A stretch of DNA of 64,000 nucleotides from a virus (IMGVR_UViG_3300050343_000215:64001-128000), one strand, 5' to 3'; positions 16,521-26,574 are shown, counted from the stretch's first letter. Program-made: numbers and translations. Notes: generated from the sequence alone by a model not told the origin.

Positions 16521-18807
16521 AATCTTCCTCCTGAGCGTTTTCTAATTGACTGATTAAATTTTCTAAACTTTCTTTGACATCCTCTTTATACTCGTCGGTC
16601 TTAATATCATATGTGTTTTGATAATAAGAAGTTTTCCAACCGTACTTATAAGTTGTGAGGAAGTCTTGTGCCATTACTGAGACAGGAACCTCATTGTCTT
16701 TGTAGTTCTCTGGATTATAACTCCAATTGCCAGAAATTGCTTGGTCAAAGAACTTCTGCATCAGAGAAACAATTTTAATGTAACCACCATTGTCAGGCAT
16801 CTCCCAAAGCAGAGTATAATTGTTCTTCAACGTAGTATATTGTGGAACAATCTGCTTAAGAACCCCCTTTTTACTTTTCTTAATGGACAGAAAGGCTCTA
16901 GGTGGCTCAATTCCATTTGTTGCGTTTGACACAACGGAACTGCTCTCCGATGGCATCTGAGCGGACAGTGTTGAATGTCGTAATCCGTGGGTGGCGATAG
17001 ACGCCCTAAGAGAATCCCAATCATAGGTTAGTTCGTTAGGTACAATATCATCAACATCCTTCTTATAGGTGTCAATAGGGAGGATGCCATCACTATACTT
17101 GGTGCGGTGGAAGTATTCACATGATCCTTTCTCCTTAGCAACTTCATTAGAAGATTTTAGAAGGAAGTATTGGAATGCTTCAGACAGTTCATGTACTGCT
17201 TTCCAAGCACCAGGATCATCGTAATGCTCGCCCCTGCGAGCGAGATAATGTGCAAGACCAATAAAACCAATACCAAGAGATCTTCGTGCCTTTGTAGACC
17301 GTTCTGCAGCAAATACAGGGTATTCTTGATAGTCAATCAATTCCTCAAGAGCACGGACAGAAAGATCACAGAGTTCTTCCATTTCAGAAAGTTTATGAAT
17401 CTTACCTACATTGATAGCAGACAAGATACACAAAGCAATCTCACCACCAGGATCATCAATGTGAGTAAGTGGTTTAGTAGGCAGTGTAATCTCCTGACAA
17501 AGATTACTCATATAAACTTTATCTTTAAATGAAGAATGCTCATTGCAGTGATCAATGTTCATGATATAGAGACGACCAGTCTCTGCACGTTCTTTCAAAA
17601 GATCTAGAATAAGTTCTTGAGTCTTGATAGTCTTCCTTGGAATGAGTCCATCAGATTCATAATGTTGATACAGAGCATCAAAGTTGTCAGTGCCAAAAGC
17701 ATCAAAAAGACCTGGAACATCGTGAGGTGAGAAGAGTGACATCTCCTCATCTTTGATGAATCTTTCATAGAAGAGTTTTGAGATTTGGATTGAGTAGTCA
17801 AGTTTTCTGACACGATTATCCTCTGTACCTTTGTTGTTCTTCAGGACAATAATATCTTCTATTTCTTGGTGCCAGATTGGGAAGTGGACGGTTGCTGATC
17901 CTCCACGAATCCCATTTTGCGTGCAGCATCGTACAGTTGATTCAAACTTCTTAAGGAATGGAACAACACCTGTGTGTGCAACTTCTCCTCCTCGGATCTT
18001 AGCATTGATGCCACGGATTCTACCTGCGTTGATACCAATTCCCGCCCTCTGAGCAACATAACGACCAATAGCCATGTCGCTGCTAAAGATGCTATTGAGG
18101 GAGTCATCAGAATCAATAAGAACACAGCTTGCAAATTGTCGCAGTGGTGTTCGGACTCCTGCCAAGATTGGCGTTGGGACGTTGATTTTGTGTTTGCTGA
18201 TTGCGTTGTAGTATTTTCTGACATATTCTAGTCTAGTTTCCTTAGGATAATCTGCAAAAATTGTGGCAGCAACAAGAATATATGCATACTGTGGGGTCTC
18301 ATAAACTCTATTAGAACTTCTATCTTGCACCAGATACTTATCTGCTACTTGACGTAGACCAGCATAGGTGAACAAATAGTCGCGACCATGATCAATAAAT
18401 TTATCAATCTTGTCCCACTCCTCGTCAGAATATTTATCAATAAGATCTTGATCGTAGATACACTTTGAAATTCCTTCAGTCAAATGAGATTTAATTTCAG
18501 GAAAACCTTCCTTCCAGTCTGGTCCAAACACTTGCTTGTAAAGACCAAACAATAGCAGACGAGCTGCCACAAATTGGTAATTAGGATTATCTAATGAAAC
18601 TAAATCACTAGCAGAACGAACAAGAATCTCTTGGATATTATCTGTGCTAATACCATCATAAAATTGAAGACCAGAATTCATTTCTACTTGACTAGCAGAT
18701 ATCCCCCCAAGTCCTTCACATGCACACTCAACCATTAAATGAATCTTTTCCAAGTTGAGTGGTTCAATCTCACCACTACGCTTAACAACTTTGATTCCGT
18801 TACTCAT
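16501..18807 (-). CDS. nrdA: Ribonucleotide reductase class Ia alpha subunit
   Basis: ATP cone, FASCVL, SNLCQEI, C-terminal CESC. Confidence 0.97.
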   Translation of the reverse strand: MSNGIKVVKRSGEIEPLNLEKIHLMVECACEGLGGISASQVEMNSGLQFYDGISTDNIQEILVRSASDLVSLDNPNYQFVAARLLLFGLYKQVFGPDWKEGFPEIKSHLTEGISKCIYDQDLIDKYSDEEWDKIDKFIDHGRDYLFTYAGLRQVADKYLVQDRSSNRVYETPQYAYILVAATIFADYPKETRLEYVRKYYNAISKHKINVPTPILAGVRTPLRQFASCVLIDSDDSLNSIFSSDMAIGRYVAQRAGIGINAGRIRGINAKIRGGEVAHTGVVPFLKKFESTVRCCTQNGIRGGSATVHFPIWHQEIEDIIVLKNNKGTEDNRVRKLDYSIQISKLFYERFIKDEEMSLFSPHDVPGLFDAFGTDNFDALYQHYESDGLIPRKTIKTQELILDLLKERAETGRLYIMNIDHCNEHSSFKDKVYMSNLCQEITLPTKPLTHIDDPGGEIALCILSAINVGKIHKLSEMEELCDLSVRALEELIDYQEYPVFAAERSTKARRSLGIGFIGLAHYLARRGEHYDDPGAWKAVHELSEAFQYFLLKSSNEVAKEKGSCEYFHRTKYSDGILPIDTYKKDVDDIVPNELTYDWDSLRASIATHGLRHSTLSAQMPSESSSVVSNATNGIEPPRAFLSIKKSKKGVLKQIVPQYTTLKNNYTLLWEMPDNGGYIKIVSLMQKFFDQAISGNWSYNPENYKDNEVPVSVMAQDFLTTYKYGWKTSYYQNTYDIKTDEYKEDVKESLENLISQLENAQEEDCESCKL

Positions 18808-19802
18808 ACTTTTTTCCAGGCGTTTAATTTGATGGTTGCTTCTAAACCGCAGTAGTTGTTAGAGTCTACCACTCTTTGCACGTCATGTCCAGACATTATC
18901 ATGTCATTCAGATCTTTCTCCTTAATGGTGCTTGGCCAAATGACTATCTGATTTCCAGACTGAATAAGTTTTTCATACTTTTTCACAATTTCATAGTTTC
19001 TTGGTTCATTGTCAAGTACATAAACGATGTCATTAAACTGAGTGTCATCCAGTGTAACGTCAGATCCACACATGGCAATTGCATTTGATAAGAATAAGGA
19101 ATCAAATGGTCCTTCTGTGACATATACTTTTTCTTTATTGTTTACTCTATCAAGCCCAAACAATTTAGGATAATCTTTATCCAAAATTGTAGTAATATAT
19201 CTCAGTTTCGTATTCCGATCTAGAGATCTTCCTTGATACCCAAACACCTTACCATCATTAGAAATTAAGGGGATGATAATTCTAGATTCTTTCTGGTTAT
19301 TACTGAGTTTTGCCCAAGCATTGAAGTCTTCTGCGTAGTAAAAAATTGAGAATAAATCCTCTGGAATTTGGCGCTGACTTAAGTATACTTTTGCGGGATG
19401 TTCTTTATTTAGAAAATTTATTTTTTTAAGATTTGAAAATATATTGGTATTAAATTTTGGTTTTGGGATGTCAAATTTAGGGGCAGGAGTGTTACTAGAT
19501 TTGCCCGTCAGACCCTCCTTATATCGCTCCAGAATGTATTCATCATGCAATAGAGGATTCTGATCCTTCAGAAAATTTGTGAAGGTTCTACCCATGCCAC
19601 AGTTGTGACATTTAAAAAAGTAATCATTACGCTTCCGATAAAAATAACCCCTAGTTTTATTGCGGTGCTTCTGTGAGTCACCGCAGTAGGGGCATCTGAA
19701 TGTATACAGATCTGATTTCTTTTTTGCAAACTTTACTAACTGAGACGAAATAAGACTAATATATTTCGCATCAAGATATATCATAATGTAAGGGGGATTC
19801 AA
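18804..19802 (-). CDS. gp61: DNA primase (gp61)
   Basis: CPYCGDS...CHNCG Zn finger, TOPRIM EGPFDS. Confidence 0.95.
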   Translation of the reverse strand: MNPPYIMIYLDAKYISLISSQLVKFAKKKSDLYTFRCPYCGDSQKHRNKTRGYFYRKRNDYFFKCHNCGMGRTFTNFLKDQNPLLHDEYILERYKEGLTGKSSNTPAPKFDIPKPKFNTNIFSNLKKINFLNKEHPAKVYLSQRQIPEDLFSIFYYAEDFNAWAKLSNNQKESRIIIPLISNDGKVFGYQGRSLDRNTKLRYITTILDKDYPKLFGLDRVNNKEKVYVTEGPFDSLFLSNAIAMCGSDVTLDDTQFNDIVYVLDNEPRNYEIVKKYEKLIQSGNQIVIWPSTIKEKDLNDMIMSGHDVQRVVDSNNYCGLEATIKLNAWKKV

Positions 19803-20229
19803 TCGTATTCATACTAGCAGATTGAGCAGAGGGTGTCAAGCGGTTATAGACAGGAAATATAATTTGTGCAATAACCCCAAGTGTCGCGAGCACAGCACCT
19901 GCACCCACTACAAACTTTTGATTTGAGTCTACCTTCTTCTGCATTTTATCAATTCTTTCATGTAGAATTTTATGATTTCTTTCTTCTTGTTCCTTCAATT
20001 CATCAATCATTTTGATGATAAGATTGTCAGTTCTCTCACTCTCATCTAGTCTGTTCTCATGGCGCTCCAAGATAACAGCAATCTTGTTACTGTTATCAGA
20101 GATTGTGCCTACTGCTCTTTCAAGCTTGTCAAGCATCTCTTTAGAGAGATCTTCATAAATGTCAAGTTTTGATTCTAAAACTGCTAATCTACCAAGACCG
20201 AAGGGCATATCAGACCTGCGACGGATCAA
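19771..20229 (-). CDS. Coiled-coil protein with C-terminal TM
   Basis: Heptad pattern then hydrophobic segment. Confidence 0.65.
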   Translation of the reverse strand: MIRRRSDMPFGLGRLAVLESKLDIYEDLSKEMLDKLERAVGTISDNSNKIAVILERHENRLDESERTDNLIIKMIDELKEQEERNHKILHERIDKMQKKVDSNQKFVVGAGAVLATLGVIAQIIFPVYNRLTPSAQSASMNTIESPLHYDIS

Positions 20230-20953
20230 ATCTCATAATCTGAAGAAACGATTCTACGCTCTTATTCATTAGGAAACGATACTGATCTTGACGTTCCGTG
20301 TCAAGTGCTTCAAAAGTAGAAACCATTCTCTTAGCAACGTCGCTATTAACTCTCAGTGAACGACCATCCTTAAACTGGATATGTCCTTCTACTTCCTGAT
20401 TGCCATAGGTATTTTCTTGAGCAAGTTTCAATAGGGTGCCAAGAACTTCTACGCCAGGTGCCTGAGTTCCTGCCGATTCTGATACTTGCTTCTGAAGTGA
20501 ACTAGACTTCTCAGATGCTTTCTTTCTAAAATCAGACAAACGTGCCTTCATCAGAGTATCCATCTCCTTAGTCTTACTTTGCATTTTGCCTTTGGCATCC
20601 TGCGCTTTCTTCTGAACTTCTTTTTGCTTGTTCAGTTTCTTCTGCTGAGCAATTTGCTTTTGAGCTCTCTCAGTTTCGGATGGACCCTTCTGCTTATCGT
20701 CAGCTTCAGTAATGTGTTGTTCTTGTGTCATTTTTTTCTTTGCCTTCTTGTCTCGGTTGGTTAAAATACGGTTTACAAGTTTACGACCTGCTTTTGTCCT
20801 ACCATCATACTTCTTTTTTTTCTTACTGGCAGGAATACCAGGAGGTTCATGTGCAGGAGGTAGTGCTACATTAGCACCGGAACCAACAGAATTTGTTGGT
20901 TCTTCCCACATTTGATATCTCGCTTGTTGTAGAAGTTTTCTAATGTTTTTCAT
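20210..20953 (-). CDS. Late hypothetical protein (basic, coiled-coil)
   Basis: CTAAATA at 20958-20964; KKYDGRTK.GRK motif. Confidence 0.7.
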   Translation of the reverse strand: MKNIRKLLQQARYQMWEEPTNSVGSGANVALPPAHEPPGIPASKKKKKYDGRTKAGRKLVNRILTNRDKKAKKKMTQEQHITEADDKQKGPSETERAQKQIAQQKKLNKQKEVQKKAQDAKGKMQSKTKEMDTLMKARLSDFRKKASEKSSSLQKQVSESAGTQAPGVEVLGTLLKLAQENTYGNQEVEGHIQFKDGRSLRVNSDVAKRMVSTFEALDTERQDQYRFLMNKSVESFLQIMRFDPSQV

Positions 20954-21312
20954 ATCCTATTTAGTTCTTCTAAACATTTATGATCTGGTTCAACATGCTC
21001 CAGATAGTTTGGGGGCATCCTGTTTAAGTATATCAGAAAAGATTTGAGAACGGGCCAACAATTTCTTTCTATTTTAAAAAACAACAGAGGTACTGTTGCA
21101 TCATTGAATACATTAAAAAGTAAAATTAAATGATTAAGGATAAGATGATGTTTAAGTATATCAGAATTAAGATACTTTCGTATTAATTTTTTAACATACT
21201 TAAACCTCTTCAAGTCCTCATCAAATTCTTCTTTAGTTGTGCAATGTGGATTGTTATAATGCTTAATTGCAAAGAAGATATAGTTATCTTCATTCAGTTC
21301 ATCAAATCTCAT
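20950..21312 (-). CDS. Conserved T4-like hypothetical protein
   Basis: MRFDELNEDNYIFFAIKHYNNP...LILNHLI. Confidence 0.75.
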   Translation of the reverse strand: MRFDELNEDNYIFFAIKHYNNPHCTTKEEFDEDLKRFKYVKKLIRKYLNSDILKHHLILNHLILLFNVFNDATVPLLFFKIERNCWPVLKSFLIYLNRMPPNYLEHVEPDHKCLEELNRI

Positions 21313-21319
21313 CTAATTA

Positions 21320-22102
21320 TCAGGTAACAGTTAGGGTAGCAGCAGCGGAAACTACTTCAGTAGCACCAGAGTCGGTAGTAACTTTGACTCTGTACTGTCC
21401 ACCATTGTCACCAGCAACAGTTGCGGCAGTGGTAAAGGTAGCAGCATTTGCACTAGAGATGTCAGCAAAGGTTTCGCCAGCATCTGTGCTGAGTTGCCAT
21501 TGATACTCAAGTGTGCCCGATCCAGTAGAAACTGTAGCGGCAACAGTAAAGGCTGCAGTGTTAGTAGCAGCAACAGAAATATCAGCAGGTTGAGTGCCAA
21601 TTGTGATAACAGCAAGAGCATCAGCAGCAATTCTATCATCAGTAAAGTCGCCAGAAGTTCCAGAAGCAACATTCATATGTGCCAAACATTCTGCCTTATG
21701 ACGGGTTTGACCCTCAGCATCATAAGATTTATAAAGCCACCAACCAGGACCCCAGATGCCACGCAATTTGTTTGTAGCAAGTGATGCCTCAGTGCTATCA
21801 GCGAAGATGAGTTCTCCAGGTAGAGTATCACCACCTTTAATTACATAATCTGCGACTGCTTTAGGAGCAGTGCGACGAACTGCACCAGCAAGAGCAGCAT
21901 CAGTTGCTGCCACATATCCTTTATGCAGTTCAATTTCAGTGGTGCTGGTTACTTCTTTAACGATATATGATACACCGCTAAGAACCAGAATGTCTCCTAC
22001 ATCTACACTATCTGCAGCGTTCTTCGTAACAGTAGCATCATTCTGTGTGACGGCTACATTGTTAGCAAAGTTGGCGGCATCAATTTTTCCGAGAATTGCC
22101 AT
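21320..22102 (-). CDS. Virion structural protein with C-terminal Ig-like domain
   Basis: ITIGTQPAD...YQWQ...YRVKV...EVVS Ig pattern; TATAAATA at 22136-22143. Confidence 0.75.
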   Translation of the reverse strand: MAILGKIDAANFANNVAVTQNDATVTKNAADSVDVGDILVLSGVSYIVKEVTSTTEIELHKGYVAATDAALAGAVRRTAPKAVADYVIKGGDTLPGELIFADSTEASLATNKLRGIWGPGWWLYKSYDAEGQTRHKAECLAHMNVASGTSGDFTDDRIAADALAVITIGTQPADISVAATNTAAFTVAATVSTGSGTLEYQWQLSTDAGETFADISSANAATFTTAATVAGDNGGQYRVKVTTDSGATEVVSAAATLTVT

Positions 22103-22142
22103 TGGTCTCCCTAAAAGTTTTTCTTAATCTTTTTCTATTTAT

Positions 22143-22166
22143 AAAAAAAGGGGAGTAAGACTCCCC
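22143..22166 (-). terminator. Intrinsic terminator
   Basis: GGGGAGT-CTT-ACTCCCC plus T7. Confidence 0.8.
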
Positions 22167-22189
22167 GATCATTAGATTTTTAACAGCGT

Positions 22190-22414
22190 TCAACCGTCAT
22201 TAGTTTCCAGAGTAGCAGGATCTCTATTCTTAATTGCCTTAGTGACAACTTCTAGAAGTTGATCATCCATGTCAGTCTTTGTCAACTTAACAGCTTTAGC
22301 AAGAATAACAAGACAGATCTCAACCATCTTCTCACCGAGTTCTTCATTCTCTGGAATTTTAGAAACAGCATCGGTGATAATTTTTGATGCGAGTGGAAGT
22401 AAAAATGCTAGCAT
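22190..22414 (-). CDS. Small conserved hypothetical protein
   Basis: MLAFLLPLASKII...TKTDMDDQLL. Confidence 0.7.
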   Translation of the reverse strand: MLAFLLPLASKIITDAVSKIPENEELGEKMVEICLVILAKAVKLTKTDMDDQLLEVVTKAIKNRDPATLETNDG

Positions 22415-22447
22415 AATCTTATGTCAGTAGTGTTCAAAACTTATTTA

Positions 22448-23365
22448 TCAATACTTCATTTTCATTTTTTTGCTGTCGCCACAACCTTCATCTACAGTGT
22501 CTTCACATTTACATTCAGCAGTTCCATGTACCTCACATTTAATTCCTTTCTTAGAATTATTGCATTTACCTTCTTCCAATCCCATTTCAGATCTCCAATC
22601 TGAACGCTCTTCTTTCTTCATTCCAATTGCTTTGCCGATTGCCTTACGACGCTTCATAAGGTACTTATCACTCTTATCAGTATCACCATCATTATCAACA
22701 TCAGAATCTTCTTTGCCGACAGGATCAAGTCTCTTTTCATCTAAATCTTCCTCCTTCACGCAGTTAGGAACAACCTTACCGCCCTTATTCTTAGTACCCT
22801 TTGCTTTATAACCATCCCAGCAAGTATCGGCACCAACGTTCTTGCGTGCCTGCTTCATGCTGCCTTCAAATAATTTACCTGAAGAAAGTTTAGCGACAGT
22901 AGCATCCATCAGTGATGATGAATACTCATCGGAAACCTCTTGCTTATTTTCTACTTCTCCGTAGCACTCTTTTCCAGCAATGCCCTCAGAGGATCGCTTA
23001 ATTAAAGAATCCGAATAACTATCGTTGTACATTTCTTTATGGGTACTTTTTCTTTTATTTATAGATGTAGACCATTCAGGAGTCTTAGTTTTACCATACT
23101 GCTCTTTATCTTGACCGGGTGTAAGGTCCTGAAGATACTCTCTGGTCTCATCAGTTCCAAGTTCATGGACCTCGCTGATATCAGAAATCCAACTTCTAAA
23201 AGTCTTATGATCTTCACCTAAGCAAATAACATAGTTAGGTCCACGCCTAATAATAGTCCCCACTTGATCGTTTCCATTACGAACTTTCATTCCTTCAGGA
23301 AAGATTTCATCATTATAATACTGTTCACGAGTGTAAACCTTTGAGTATTCTGAAAAGTTATACAT
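22448..23365 (-). CDS. Late protein, probable internal head protein with modular charged repeats
   Basis: CTAAATA upstream; SH3-like N-terminus, CWDGYK..G.K.K.GK.VPNCV module, DxDxDxDG loop. Confidence 0.6.
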   Translation of the reverse strand: MYNFSEYSKVYTREQYYNDEIFPEGMKVRNGNDQVGTIIRRGPNYVICLGEDHKTFRSWISDISEVHELGTDETREYLQDLTPGQDKEQYGKTKTPEWSTSINKRKSTHKEMYNDSYSDSLIKRSSEGIAGKECYGEVENKQEVSDEYSSSLMDATVAKLSSGKLFEGSMKQARKNVGADTCWDGYKAKGTKNKGGKVVPNCVKEEDLDEKRLDPVGKEDSDVDNDGDTDKSDKYLMKRRKAIGKAIGMKKEERSDWRSEMGLEEGKCNNSKKGIKCEVHGTAECKCEDTVDEGCGDSKKMKMKY

Positions 23366-23390
23366 TAATAGTTAAATTCTATCAAACTAT

Positions 23391-23940
23391 TTAGCTGAGC
23401 ATAATATCTCTAATCTTATCCATAAGTTCTCTACAGTCTCTATCAGAAATAGTTCTAGGCATTCCTGCTCTAAATGAATTAAAGTCAGATTGAACTGCTG
23501 CTGCTCTCATCTTACTAGCAGACATACCCTCAGCACCATCAGCATCAGGATCTCTCTCACCAGCAGATACTACTTCCAAATTTCTAAATGTATATTCAAT
23601 ACCATTATACTTACTAATCATTTTATCATATGATTGTACACGATCTGATCCTGCTACTAGAACACAGTCATGATATGTTCCCTGTAATTGCTGTAATGCT
23701 TGAATAATAGTTTTAATGTGAGGGTCATATATGATATTCCTACTCATCGTAGGAAACATTTTTTGCATTACTTCAGATTTAGTTTTAGAATCTAGAGGAT
23801 TCTTCTTCTTGTCCTGTGTATGTGTAGGGGTAGATAAAGAAATCATCCTGACCAGCAATGTTCTTGACTGACAGTAGAAGTTTCTCATGTCCGATGGTTG
23901 GTGGGTTAAATCTACCCCATGCAAATACTACTCGTTTCAT
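23391..23940 (-). CDS. HIGH-superfamily nucleotidyltransferase (cytidylyltransferase/NMNAT-like); one apparent +1 indel
   Basis: MKRVVFAWGRFNPPTIGHEK then a shift at a C4 run (about 23828) into THTQDKKKNPL...VAGSDR...SAGERDPD...GMSASKMR. Confidence 0.8.
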
Positions 23941-26546
23941 TTATCTCCTGATACCCAGTCTTTGGATACGTTAAAGTTTGCTACACTAAATGACAAACGA
24001 TCCACTAACTTTACAGCATTGGTGCCACCACTGATGGCAACATAACCCTCAGGTGCTGTAACCTCATAACCATCTTCAGTCTTAAGATAAGTACCAATCT
24101 TCTCACCTTTTTCAAGTTTACGAATGAATACTAACTTCGCTTCTTGTAATAACTTATATAGTTGAACCGTACTGTTTAAAGAACTTTTATTCTTTTCAAT
24201 AAACTCTAGACCATCAAACATCTTCTTGAGTTTGGTTGCTTTTGCCTTCGGAGTTTTTACTTTATCAACTGCCTTCTGACATTCAGTCTCAAAATATTTT
24301 GTGAACTCTTTGTAAAAAGCATCAGGTGAAGGAACCGTTCTACCCTGACGAACATAAGCATTAAAGAAGATCTTCAGTCGTGGTCCAATAGTCAACTGAT
24401 CTTTAGCAACAATCTGCTCAGCAACCTCATCTAGAAATGCTCCTGCAGAGCGTACCATTGATGGTGCTTGAGTTCTCAATTGTCCTAGTTTAGTTTTCTC
24501 TCCCGTTGTGAGAAGTGTATCATTACCAAGTGTTCCTATCTCTGCACTTAGAACTAGAACATCTTCAGAAGATTTAAGTTGATTGACATTGAAACCAAAC
24601 GAAGCATTCATAGTACTGACATCATTGCCAGTATATGTGGTATGAAATACTACACCAAGTTTTGCTTTCTTTGCTTTCTCATAAAGATCACTATCTTCTG
24701 GAATAGCATATGTAATAGTATTAGGTTGAAATGTAATACAATTCTTTCCGTCAATCACCTGTTGCTTTTTATCAGTGGTGAATAAAAGATCACCCTGTGC
24801 AACTCCTTTGATACCTAATGCTGGAAGATATTTAAGTGATGCTTTTAGTTTTTCAACCAACCCTGCAGCATGACCATGATTCCTATCAATATCAGAATCA
24901 GCGTAGTTAATCTTGGCGTCCTTATTGAAAACTGATTTAGTTCCTACAAAGAAGTTATCAGTACCAGGATAGATACCACAAAATATAGCAGGTGCTCCAT
25001 CCCACTTTGTGGTAATCTTAAATGCATTAGACCCACCAGTGGTAAATGTTTTTGCCAGCAAATCTAAAAATTTAAATGCATCAGTAGCACCTTCCTTTCC
25101 ATCAAGTAAAATGCTGTCCTCTAAATGTTCTAAGTGAGTGTTCTTGCTCATCCCGATGTAGTCCTCCAGACCAGAACGTTTCTCAACATAATTACGGATT
25201 GCTTTAGGAACACCACCAGTTCCTTTCTCCATCTTAAACCGGAACTGGACTAACTCATACTTCTTATTATCATTTTCATTAGTACCAGAGACTCTAACTG
25301 TAGGTAAACCGCTAGCACCTGTAACATAATCAGAACTTAATTTAAGGTTAGCAGGAACGTCTGCATCAGGGAATCCTACCAAAGCAACTTTTAATTTTTT
25401 AAAATCATATCTGTGGAATGTATCACCTTTGATCTCAACCAGTGCAACGTTCTCTTCTTTATATGTTGCAAAATTATCTAATACCTCAACAAAATTTTCC
25501 AACCATACTTTATTATTAAACTTTTGCTGTAATTGACCATCAGCCCATGTGTAAACTCTCCTCATAGTTTCAGCAGCAACCTCCTCCGTGGTTCCCCTCA
25601 TCTCAGCAGAGTCAGCATAGATCTGCTGAACAATACTAGATATAGATGGTTTGCTGCCAAGGATCTTACCCCACAAATTATCCATTTTATCAAGAGTCCA
25701 TCCACCAACTTGAGCAAACTGATCAACATCTTTCTTCAATGAGATTTGAGTCAATCGCAACTGTGTACCATTAACAGTACCGGGAATAGAAATGTTCTTA
25801 GAGTTATTGATGATAAGATTCACATCAACTTTTGTTCCTGTCTCATCACCAATACCATCAGCGATCACATCAATATAATCTTTCTTACCATTGCGATACA
25901 TCATCAGTGCCGCAGTATTAATCTCCTGTGAATTTGCATACGAAATACATGCTGGCATTAATTCCTTCAATGCCACATACTCATCAGGATCACTGGTGAA
26001 CAGCATATCCATATTTGCTGCTGTAAGGTTTACAACTACCTTAACATCATCAAACAAAAGTTTTCTCATCTTAGGATGAGGAGCATTAGGTGACTGGAAT
26101 ATCTTACCTGACGAAGTTCCAGATCTTGTAGGTTTAACTGCATTCAAAACCTTAACGAGATCTTGTTCTGTAATTCTTTTATTCTTATTTAAAAATCTTG
26201 CAGTAATAGCAAATGCCAGAATACCTTCCGCTACGTTTCCAAGGTTATACTTCTTTCTGGGACTTCCTACACTTACATTTACCTTAAGAATTGCACCTAA
26301 TGAAATCTCACCACCACCAAGTTTAGGGAAAGAATATCCTCTACCCTTCTTAAATTGTTCCATACCAATTTGAGCATTGGCATCAAAACTATTAGCGTTC
26401 TTTAAAAACCCCCAACGCTTGTCACTCTTGTCTATAGTTACATGTCCATCCTTAGTAAGAAGTGCGACATCATTCCGAACTTTCTCAGCAAAAGTTTTCC
26501 AATAGTGAGTACCATTGGATGCTTTTTTGAATTCGGCAATACCCAT
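23937..26546 (-). CDS. Fusion: N-terminal PD-(D/E)XK-like domain plus C-terminal Rnl1-like covalent nucleotidyltransferase (ligase) domain
   Basis: AEG...TKVDV...ISLK in N-half; KWDG, QGDLLF, EGYVA, VKL in C-half starting MSKNTHLEHLED (25151). Confidence 0.6.
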   Translation of the reverse strand: MGIAEFKKASNGTHYWKTFAEKVRNDVALLTKDGHVTIDKSDKRWGFLKNANSFDANAQIGMEQFKKGRGYSFPKLGGGEISLGAILKVNVSVGSPRKKYNLGNVAEGILAFAITARFLNKNKRITEQDLVKVLNAVKPTRSGTSSGKIFQSPNAPHPKMRKLLFDDVKVVVNLTAANMDMLFTSDPDEYVALKELMPACISYANSQEINTAALMMYRNGKKDYIDVIADGIGDETGTKVDVNLIINNSKNISIPGTVNGTQLRLTQISLKKDVDQFAQVGGWTLDKMDNLWGKILGSKPSISSIVQQIYADSAEMRGTTEEVAAETMRRVYTWADGQLQQKFNNKVWLENFVEVLDNFATYKEENVALVEIKGDTFHRYDFKKLKVALVGFPDADVPANLKLSSDYVTGASGLPTVRVSGTNENDNKKYELVQFRFKMEKGTGGVPKAIRNYVEKRSGLEDYIGMSKNTHLEHLEDSILLDGKEGATDAFKFLDLLAKTFTTGGSNAFKITTKWDGAPAIFCGIYPGTDNFFVGTKSVFNKDAKINYADSDIDRNHGHAAGLVEKLKASLKYLPALGIKGVAQGDLLFTTDKKQQVIDGKNCITFQPNTITYAIPEDSDLYEKAKKAKLGVVFHTTYTGNDVSTMNASFGFNVNQLKSSEDVLVLSAEIGTLGNDTLLTTGEKTKLGQLRTQAPSMVRSAGAFLDEVAEQIVAKDQLTIGPRLKIFFNAYVRQGRTVPSPDAFYKEFTKYFETECQKAVDKVKTPKAKATKLKKMFDGLEFIEKNKSSLNSTVQLYKLLQEAKLVFIRKLEKGEKIGTYLKTEDGYEVTAPEGYVAISGGTNAVKLVDRLSFSVANFNVSKDWVSGDK

Positions 26547-26547
26547 T

Positions 26548-26574
26548 AAAAAACCCCCTTACGGGGGTATTTAT
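26548..26574 (-). terminator. Terminator with overlapping late promoter ATAAATA
   Basis: ACCCCC-GTAA-GGGGGT plus T run immediately before ATG 26546. Confidence 0.65.
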
